The notes below the pieces were generated by a model that saw nothing but the letters and a program-made list of their open reading frames with translations, was not told the origin of the DNA and made no database searches. 64,000 bases of DNA from Octopus vulgaris (lineage: Eukaryota), in assembly GCA_951406725.2 (NCBI GenBank), contig OX597823.1, positions 71,362,001-71,426,000 of the forward strand. Reading direction: 5' to 3'. Position 1 is the stretch's first letter. Every line of letters begins with the position of its first letter. Shown here piece by piece: positions 25,707 through 36,007 of the stretch. A program made the translations under genes and the position numbers.

Positions 25707-27034
25707 TAACTCTATAAGATGCACCAAATGTAAGCTATGGACACATAAGAGATGTAGTAATGTCAAAGGAAGACTAACTAGGAAAATAGTTTTTATCTGT
25801 GGCAGATGCTCAGGAGCAATAAACTCTGAAAATATGCAGAGACCAACTTCTATCACATTTCAGGGAGAAAAACTAGAAGTAGTTGATAGCTTCCGCTACC
25901 AAGGTGACCAAGTCAGTAGCAGTGTGCTGAAAGTGTAACTGCTAGAGTAAGAATAGCCTGGGCAAAGTTTAGAGGGCTCTTACTCCTGCTGGTGACAAAA
26001 GGCCTCTCGCTCAAAGTAAAAGGCAGACTGTATGATGCATGTGTACGTACAGCCATGCTACATGGTAGTGAAACTTGGGCTCTGACTGCTGAGGATTTGC
26101 GTAAGCTCGCAAGAAATGAAGCTAGTATGCTCCGTTGGATGTGTAATGTCAGTGTTCATAGTCGACAGAATGTAAGTACCTTGAGAGAAAAGTTGGACCT
26201 AAGAAGCATCAGATGTTGTGTGCAAGAGAGACGATTGCGCTGGTATGGTCATGTGGCGAGAATGGATGAAGATAGGTGTGTGAAAAAGTGCCACATCCTG
26301 GCAGTTGAGGGGACCTGTGGAAGAGATAGACCCAGGAAAACCTGGGACGAAGTGGTGAAGCACGACCTTCGAACTTTAGGTCTCACTGAGGAAATGACTA
26401 GAGACCAAGACCTATGGAAGTATGCTGTGCGTGAGAAGACCCGGCAAGACCAGTGAGAACAGTCAAAATCAAAATCAAACCAAATCAGATATCAGAAAGC
26501 AGAACCAAAATTGAGGTCGATCAACATCAGTGGAAATTGCAGCTGTGGTTAAGCGAACCATCCGATCGTGGTCGTTGCCGGCGCTGCCCCATCTGGCCTC
26601 CGTGCTGGTGGCATGTAAAAGCACCATCCATTCGTGTCCGTTGCCAGCCTCGCCTGGCCCCCATGCTGGTGGCACGTAAAAGCACCATCCGCTCGTGTCC
26701 GTTGCCAGCCTTGCCTGGCCCCCGTGCCAGTGGCACGTAAAAGCACCATCTGTTCGTGTCCATTGCCAGCCTCGCCTGGTCCCCATGCCGGTGGCACGTA
26801 AAAGCACCATCTGTTTGTGGCCGTTTGCCAGCTCTGTCTGGCACCTGTGCGGGTGGCATGTAAAAAGCACCCACTACACTCATGGAGTGGTTGGCGTTAG
26901 GAAGGGCATCCAGCTGTAGAAACACTGCCAGATCTGACTGGGCCTGATGAAGCCTTCTGGCTTCACAGACCCCAGTTGAACCATCCAACCCATGCTAGCA
27001 TGGAAAAAGGACGCTAAATGATGATGATGATGAT
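25707..27034 (+). mobile_element. RTE-clade LINE, 5'-truncated copy (ORF2 C-terminus + 3' UTR with 61-bp array + (GAT)n)
   Basis: Coding part near-identical to 36963-37717; ORF 25992-26456 has LHGSETW, RRLRWYGHV, RPRKTW; small frameshifting deletions near 25920-25990. Confidence 0.95.
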
Positions 27035-27120
27035 TTTAAGGAAATTAATTCCCTCTTGGATGAAACCATCCCTTAATGGGGTTGACACAATCTTTAATCG
27101 AATTTAAATATATATTTATA

Positions 27121-27335
<215 letters not shown>

Positions 27336-27651
27336 CGAAGGATAGAAGGTGTGTTATGAGCTTTTATAGACCACAAATCCTTTAGAAGTTCAGCAAACAA
27401 TCAAAGATGGAGAAGAAAAGATGTTAAAAGTTTAGAAAGAATTTAATCCATGCATACAATTGTTTCGAACAGTAATATTAACATGTAAATAACATAGTAG
27501 GAAAATGAGAAATTAATTCAATTATTATTCCCTCAATTGCATATTACTGTTCTTGGTACGAAAAATGAATACAGTAAAAAAATAGATCAGAAAAATATTT
27601 ATTGTTACAGAAGACTAGATGGAGTGAATGTCACATAACATATTTGGATAA

Positions 27652-27718
27652 ATATAATATCCTTATGAAAGATAAAAGACATGCCAAGATAGTGTTGTTG
27701 AGTCTAGCTGTGTGTGTG

Positions 27719-27764
<46 letters not shown>

Positions 27765-27815
27765 TGTATGTATGTATGTATGTATGTATGTATGTATTGT
27801 ATGTATGTATGTATG

Positions 27816-27851
<36 letters not shown>

Positions 27852-27918
27852 CACACACACAGCTAGACTCAGCAACACTATCTTAGCATGTTTTTTATCT
27901 TTCATAAGGACATTATAT
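27652..27918. repeat. Fold-back inverted duplication, 69-bp arms around a (TA)n(TATG)n spacer
   Basis: 27652-27720 vs 27850-27918: reverse complement with 4 mismatches, all transitions. Confidence 0.92.
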
Positions 27919-28094
27919 ATGCCACATGAATGATTTCAGTGGCAAACAGTCACACACACACACACACACACACAGTATTCTTTTACATACGTATGTACAT
28001 ATGTACATACGTATGTATGTAAAAGAACAGTGTGTGTGTGTGACTGTTTGCCACTAAAATCATAGGTGAGGTGTGGCAGATATTGGTGTCATGC

Positions 28095-28290
28095 AGCTGG
28101 TATCCTTGCCAGTGGTACATAAAAGCACCCACTACACTCTTGTAGTGGTTGACGTTAGGAAAGGCATCCAGCCATAAAAACCATGCCAAATCAGACAGGA
28201 GTCTGGCATAGCCCCTCAGTTTACCAGCCCTGATCAAACCGTCCAACCCATGCCAGCATTGATAGTGGCTGCCAAATGACGATGATGATT
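28095..28290 (+). mobile_element. Short RTE 3' tail
   Basis: aaaagcacccactacactc...gttgacgttaggaaggcatccagc...aacccatgccagcat...gatgatgat. Confidence 0.75.
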
Positions 28291-29042
28291 GCAAGTTGTA
28301 GTGGATTACTGCTATCTCTGGTGGACAGGTGTCCTTCGCTGAGGATGAGCAGAAATATTTCAAAACTGGCCGGTCTGGGGGTCCCATTGTCTGCTGGAAA
28401 ATGGTAGGGGTATACAATATATATTGGGTGCAGATTGTATCGACAATGAGCTAGAGGAGGCGCCCCCAGGGGATTAAAAGCACTAGTATCATCAGTTCCT
28501 ATGGAACAGCCATATTGAAGTGGTGAAAATTTCTTGGAATTTCTAGGTGTTAAGAATCAGAGAGGACAATATTCTGCAAATTAAAACTTAGCAAAATTTT
28601 GATTTATTTTCACTTTCATTTTCCTTATTCTCATTCATTCATTCATTCATACATACATACGTACATACATACACACACACATACATACATATGCGCACAC
28701 ATACATACATACATTTATACAAACACACATGCACACATACATACATACACACATATGTACACACACGCATACACATATACACATATTTATATACATACGT
28801 ATATATTATTTATTCCTGGTAGTGATGCCATATTTCATTTTACAACCATGTAATACAACTAGGTGTATTAATAGTTTATAAATCAATGCTGTGTCCTATC
28901 TCTTTGTGTTAACAGAGCGATTTAATCACTTTTAAGTTATCTCAACACATATTCTATAGAATTTAGAGCCAACACTGTAAATTACGACCATGCTCTGTAG
29001 TGATAACTTAAAAGTCACACACACACACGTGCGCACACATAT

Positions 29043-29400
29043 AGGTGTAGTTGTATGGTAAGAAGCTTGCTTCCCAAGCACATGGTTCTGGGTTCAGTCC
29101 TAGTGTGTGTCACCAAGGGAAAGTGTCTTCTACTATGGCCTCAGGCTGGCCAAAGCCTTGTGAGTGGATCTGGGAGATGGAAACTGAAAGAAGCCTGTCG
29201 TATATATTGTATGTATGTGTGTGAGGGGTGTCTGTGTTTGTTCCCTTCTACCGCTTGACAATTGTTGTTGGTGTGTTTCATCCCCATAACTTAGCAGTTC
29301 AGCAAAAGAGACCAATAGACTCGGTACTAGGCTTTAAACTATAAGTCCTGGGGTCGATTTATTCAACTACATCCCTTCAAGGTGGTATTCCACGATGGCT
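29043..29400 (+). mobile_element. tRNA-derived SINE family A
   Basis: Colinear with other copies. Confidence 0.8.
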
Positions 29401-30381
29401 GAAGATGTTGTTAGCTACCAAAGTTGCTTAGGCTGAGAAGGTTTCGAAATCTGTCCATCCATATGGCTTGGGATCACTAGAGTTTTTTGAGAAAGCTGAA
29501 ATCAGTCAAGATAACTCGAAACCTCAGCACCTGATCATTGGTGTGTCGTTTGATGTACATATATATTATAATAATGGACTCTCGTGTTTAAGATGACATA
29601 TGAGGGATCGACAATTTCTTACCAAACAAACTCACAGATGATTTGTTTATAATGATCAAATGTTTGTGTGGACATAAGCTCACTCCCTCCATCAGATTGA
29701 CATTACCTGCACAGGTGCATTGAGTGCCACATGTCAGATGTCAAAGTGATTGCAGAACAATGTGAAATGAAGTGCTTTGCTCAAGAACACAACCCAACGC
29801 CTGGTCTTGGAATCCAACCAACGATCTCACAATCATAATTGCCACACCCAAACCACTAAGCTACTACGGAGTATGAGTACATGGAATATGAACTATTTTC
29901 TCGAACAAATATAGACACAAATGGAAAACAAAACAAACAACATAAAGAACGACCCTTCATCAGTTGTTGGCTGTTTTTCTACTCCTGTATTTTGAGAATT
30001 TAACAACAATATATGCGTTCAATAAAACAGTTACTCCCACAAAGCAAATGGAGGGTCAAAATTGATAACACAAACAGGACAGTGAAAACAAACAGGAAGG
30101 GCCGCTAAGCCTAAATGAGGTTGTGGTGGCGAACGTGTAAATTAAGCTTGGACAGGAGACAGACAAGAACATGTCTTCCTTGTTCCAGCTGCAATGGAGA
30201 GAAAAAGAAACACAAGTTAGGAGAAGAAAGAAAGGTGGCCGATGGTCATGTGGGCTCCACGTGAGCAAGGGAGGGGGAGTGAGGGAGAGAGAGTGACAGA
30301 GTAATAGAATAGAATAGTGGGAGAAGAGGAGGTAAAAGAATAAGAGAGAGAAAAAGAGAAAATGAAAGAGTAAAAAGTTTG

Positions 30382-30412
<31 letters not shown>

Positions 30413-30432
30413 CATATATATATATATCATAA

Positions 30433-30850
30433 TCATCGTTTAACATCCGCTTTCCATGCTAGCATGGGTTGGATGATTTGACTGAGGACTGGCGAACCAG
30501 ATGGCTGCACCAGGCTCCAATCTGATCTGGTAGGGTTTCTACAGCTGGATGCCCTTTCTAACACCAACCACTCCAAGTGTGTAGTGGGTGCTTTTACGTG
30601 CCACCTGCACAGGAGCCAGTCCAGTGGCACAGCCAACAACGTCGCTCGAATGTTTTTTCACATGCCACTGGCACAAATGCCAGTAAAGCGACGCTGGTAA
30701 CAATCACGCACGAATGGTGCTTTTTACGTGCCACTGGCATGGAAGTCAGTTAGCTGCTCTGGCAACGATCAGTGCTCGGATGGTGCTCTCAGTTCTCCAC
30801 TATACGGATGCCAGTCATCGAATTTGATTTTGATTTCGATTTCACTTGCC
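30433..30850 (-). mobile_element. RTE 3' tail (same variant as 6070-6580)
   Basis: Near-identical to the 6.1-6.5 kb copy. Confidence 0.88.
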
Positions 30851-30861
30851 TTGATGATGAT

Positions 30862-31278
30862 ATCATCATCATCATCACCATCATCATCGTTTAACGTCCG
30901 TTTTCCATGCTAGCATGGGTTGGACGGTTCAACTGGGGTCTGGGAAGCCAGAAGGCTGCGCCAGGCCCAGTCTGATCTGGCAGTGTTTCTACATCTGGAT
31001 GCCCTTCCTAATGCCAACCACGCCGTGACTGCAGTGGGTGCTTTTTACGTGCCACCTGCACAGGTGCCAGACGAGGCTGGCAAACGGCCACGTTCGGATG
31101 GTGCTTTTTACGTGCCACCGGCACGGGGGCCAGACGAGGCTGGCAACGGCCACAATTGGATGGTGCTTTTTACGTGCCACCGGCACGGAGGCCAGTCGGG
31201 GCGGTGCTGGCAACGGCCCCGTTCAGATAGTTCTCTTACGTGCCACCGGCACTGGTATCACAGCTACAATTTCCATTT
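30862..31278 (-). mobile_element. RTE 3' tail (variant like the 26.5 kb copy), directly adjacent to the previous tail
   Basis: (CAT)n start, then gtgccaccggcacg/ggtgcttttt units in reverse. Confidence 0.88.
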
Positions 31279-31292
31279 TATATATATATATA

Positions 31293-33099
31293 ATTTCCTG
31301 GACGGAACTCTACTGGTGTCTTTCGATGTAGTGAATCTATATACTAATATCCCACATGACTAAGGTATAGAAGCAATCACATTTTGGCTAGAAAAGCACC
31401 CGGAAGAGATCCCAGGACGAATTAACCACAATTTTATAATTGAAGCACTGAAATTCGTCCTGTTGAACAATAATTTCTTGTTCGACACTAATTACTATCG
31501 ACAGAATGCGGAATTGCAATGGGGACCAGAGCTGCTCCAGTTATTGCAAACCTCGTAATGGGTTACCACGAGCTTAAGTTATACCAATCATCACTAGAAA
31601 AATATGGCGCCTCTTTCAATTACTACTTAAAGTAAAACTGGAAGAGATATTTAGATGATTGCTTCATACTTTGGCAAGATAGCATGGATCAACTCCTTGA
31701 TTTTAAAATAATGCTCAACAACATACACAGCAATATACAATTTACTAAGGAACACAACAGTAAGCAACTACATTTTCTAGACATCTTAATTAGAATAGTT
31801 AACAACCACATATAAACAGACATCTTTTAAAAACCGACAGACTCTAAACAATACCTATTATTTAACTCCTGCCACCCCAAATACATAAAAATCAACATAC
31901 CCTTTAACCTAGCAAAAAGAATCTGCACCATAGTTTCCGATACATACACTCGTGAACATAGACTCCTTGAACTTAGATCTACACTAACTAAAAGACACTA
32001 CCCAATCTCATTAGAAAATGAAGGCATCAAAAGAGCTAAGGGAATAGTTATACAAAAATTAAGGAAAACTAGCCGTAATACTTAAACAAGACTTAAAAAT
32101 ACTCCCGTACATCTCCACACATAACCCCAGAAATAACGAAGCCTTCAACATCATCACCCAAAACCTCCCCATCCTCACAGCAAACAAAACAATGAACGAA
32201 ATTTTAAGCTCATATAAAATTATAAAAAGCAACCGAAGTCACTGAAAAGAATACTAACCAGCGCTAGACTTTACCCACTAACTACTGAGCCAAAAGTGAC
32301 AAAATGTGGACGTTCCAACTGTGGAACATGCCCCCACCTTCTGGAGGGTTCAGAATTCCAATTGAAACGAGGAGAAATATTTAAGATCAAATCAAAATTC
32401 ACCTGCGCCTCGGCAAATGTAATCTACGTCATGACATGCATAGGATGCGGTAAACTCTATATTGGACAAACAGGAATTTCGCTCCGTCAAAGAATCACCA
32501 TTCACAAAGAGCAAATTCGCCACCCACAATACAGACAGTTAAAGGTGAGTGAAGACATAGAAAGATGTGCCAGGAATCTTAATCCTAATTTCCAAATATT
32601 TCCCTTTTACCAATGCTCACAGAACACTACAATGCAACAAAGGTTGAATAAAGAGTAATTTTTCATCAACAAATTTCTCCCCCAACTAAATGTGAACACA
32701 CAACTCAATACAGAACACCACTAACTCTTCAATTTAAACCACTAAACCCTATACACTTTCTACATCACTCACTTTTCTAATTCCTGAACTACTTACCTCC
32801 CTTATACATATGATCCAGAACTACTTACCTCCCTTACAAATAATCTCTTTTCTCATGAACTATAAGACCTGACACCGTTTACTAACCAGTGTTGTTCAAA
32901 CAATGAATAGCTAACGCGAAAACCAATTGGTTCCTTTCAGTATCTTACCTTATTATTATTATTATTAACTTCTTATAATCATCAATAATAATGACCTTTT
33001 TGACTAGTAATACTCTAAATGTATATATTTGTTACTACCTGTCATAAATAGTCTTTTTATATCTACAATATGCATTTTCGTTGATTTTTCTTATTTTAC

Positions 33100-33102
<3 letters not shown>
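31293..33102 (+). mobile_element. Penelope-like retroelement (Neptune type: RT + Cys-rich linker + GIY-YIG endonuclease), 5' truncated, inactivated
   Basis: LVSFDVVNLYTNIPH, GIAMGTRAAPVIANLVMG, WKRYLDDCF, FLDILI, YLLFNSCHP, then KCGRSNCGTC...FTCASANVIYVMTCIGCGKLYIGQT...LRQRITIH; multiple stops; (TA)n on both flanks. Confidence 0.92.
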
Positions 33103-33156
<54 letters not shown>

Positions 33157-33994
33157 GGGCTTTCATATAGTTTCCGTCTATCTAATTCCTCTTAGATGTT
33201 GTTGGTCAACACGTATCTATGTTAGAAAACACTCAACAAGGTGCTGCACATTAGAACTAAACCTGGAACTGCATCACAAATTGCAAAGCAAATGCTATAG
33301 CTATATATCCATAGCTACACGTAAACTTTTTGCAAATAAAAATATTATAAAATGTCTTATAGGAAGCTTCTCATTTACATTGCTGCATCTATTCTATGTG
33401 AGAGCATTGTATTTATGTAACAGATATACAGTTATAACTGATTGAATTGTTATTTATTTTAATTTTATATTAGATTTGGTGAACCATAGCATCAATAGTT
33501 ATTGTTTTTTAACAGCTAAAGTGATGGTTCATTGCATTGTTGACAGAATGAGAGTCAAGGGAATGTGTATTTAACTTGAGTTCAAATGAAATATCTCATG
33601 TACCTTAATGTGTAATAACTGTTTATCTTTGTTTTTTGTTGATTTTATTTTACTTGTTGATATACATCATTCTCGTGCACACATGCACACACACTATCAC
33701 ACACACACTCTCTTTTTTATACATACACACACACATGCACACGCATGCACGCCCACACATTTGCTTCCTCTCTCTCTCCCACACACACACTCCCATACAT
33801 ACTCTCACACACACTTTCTCTCTTATACACATATACACACTCTCTCTCTCATACACACACACACTCTCCCTCACACACACACACACTCTCACATATACTT
33901 TCTCTCTAAGGCACTCTCACATACGCATGCATACACACTTAGTCACTCGCACGTTCTCTCTTATACACACACACATACACACACACACACACAG

Positions 33995-34299
33995 AAACAC
34001 ACTCACATGACTGGCCTATGCACACTATCTATCTATCAAATTCCACCAGCACGGAATTGGTCAGCTAAATCTATGATAGAAGATGCTGGTACAGCAAGAT
34101 CAAACCAGGATGGTAGTGAAGTAAACTACTTAACTATATAGCTATGCTTCATAGAGAAAGGTATGCACTGTACAATATTGCATTTTCTCATTGCCTTTCT
34201 CTTTTATTGTGGTTGTTTTATTCTACATTTGAAAATCACAGTAACTTCTGAGATGCCAGCAAATATTTGAAGCACACCAATGTACAAAGATATGCATAC

Positions 34300-34345
<46 letters not shown>

Positions 34346-34709
34346 TATATACATATATACACGTGTGTGTGTGTATTCATATATATACATATATATATAT
34401 ATATTGTATACGCATATCTTTTTACATTGGTGTGGAAATGTTTGCTGGCATCTCAGAAGTTACTGTGATTTCCAAATGTAGAATAAAACAACCACAATAA
34501 AAGAGAAAGGCAATGAGAAAATGCAATATTGTACAGTGCATACCTTTCTCTATGAAGCATAGCTATATAGTTAAGTAGTTTACTTCACTACCATCCTGGT
34601 TTGATCTTGCTGTACCAGCATCTTCTATCATAGATTTAGCTGACCAATTCCGTGCTGGTGGAATTTGATAGATAGGTAGTGTGCATAGGCCAGTCATGTG
34701 AGTGTGTTT
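33995..34709. repeat. Large fold-back inverted duplication, ~310-bp arms around a (TA)/(CA)/(TG) spacer
   Basis: ~33995-34305 is the reverse complement of ~34400-34709 with only a few substitutions and one small indel. Confidence 0.95.
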
Positions 34710-34861
34710 GTGTGTGTGTGTTTATATTTCTATATTTCTATTTTTTTATTTTTTAATATTTTTTTATCTTTCATCCTTAATTCTCATTTCTTTATCTTTA
34801 TATCTATTTATTTATATTACCAGGTTTTTTCACGTCTGTGTGTATTTATATACTTATATAT

Positions 34862-34896
<35 letters not shown>

Positions 34897-35240
34897 TATT
34901 ACCTCAACATCCAAACTTCTTCATTCTACATTGAGTGAAAGACGGGATGGATGCTTCGTTTTTGTGCTGGTGCCCCACTCTGTCGTACGTGACTGTGAGG
35001 ATTTGCATCCCCAACGTAGAATCTATGATGTAATACATGTCCTTGAAGTAGTAATTGTGCGTGGTTGAAGAAGGCCATAGACACACATTATGCATTGTTA
35101 TAAATCCGTCTAATAAAAGCCCGAAACATATGTACCGCTGAATCCTTGGCATCATGTTTTTATTTTGACTAATATACTCTACCACCTACACCACCAAATA
35201 TATACAGTTGCTTACAATTATCAAGTATTCACCCTGAATT

Positions 35241-35316
<76 letters not shown>

Positions 35317-35344
35317 TACACACACACATGCGCATGCACATATA

Positions 35345-35708
35345 TAGGTGTAAGTGTAGCTGTGTGTTAAGACTTTAGCTTCTCAGCCACATAGATCCAG
35401 GTTCAATCCTATGCCATGGTACCTTGTGAGTGGAAACTGAAAGAAGCCCGTCATATATATGTGTATGTGTGTGTGTTTGTCTGTGTTTGTTCACCTCTCA
35501 CCCCTACTTGACAACTTGATGACTGGTGTTGATGTGTTTATGTTCCTGTAACTTAGTAGTTCAGTAAAAGAGACCGATAAAATAAGTACCAGGCTTAAAA
35601 ATGTAAGTACTGGGGTTAATGATTCATTCAGCTAAAATTCTTCGAAGTGGTGCCCCAGCATGGCCGCAGTCTGGTGACTGAAACAAGGAATAAAAGACAA
35701 AAGATAAG
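35345..35708 (+). mobile_element. tRNA-derived SINE family A, internally deleted
   Basis: Colinear with other copies. Confidence 0.78.
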
Positions 35709-36007
35709 ATATTATACCTCGTTTAACAATCCATTAGAGCAGTCACCATATTTTCTTCCATAGCTGCCAACTCTGAAGAGCTCAGGGTTATATAATCAGG
35801 CTGTTATCTAACATCCCATTGAACCCTTGATGTGAAACCGATTGGTAAGGTTGGTTGTAATGGATATACTAATGTTGTGCGTTAAATCTCACCAGTGGCT
35901 CTCACTGTGCCTAGGGTTAAACTCGATTCACCTTGTCAGCCTATAAGAAATATGTTGCACTCATACTCTGATTTCAAAAACGGTAAAATTGAAAACTACA
36001 CATATAT

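Noticed and set aside
26570-26875. CRISPR-like repeat-spacer appearance
   Set aside because: The spacers are homologous to each other, the array is part of a LINE 3' UTR in a eukaryotic intron, and no cas genes are present.
27611-27709. Candidate missing dynein exon (KTRWSECHITYLDK...)
   Set aside because: Weak polypyrimidine tract, no convincing similarity beyond one Trp, and it overlaps the fold-back arm.
29930-30010. CUGAUGA on the - strand as a possible hammerhead
   Set aside because: No properly placed GAAA or pairing stems could be built.
33608-34141. His/Thr-rich ORFs
   Set aside because: Translation of (CA)/(CT) low-complexity DNA.
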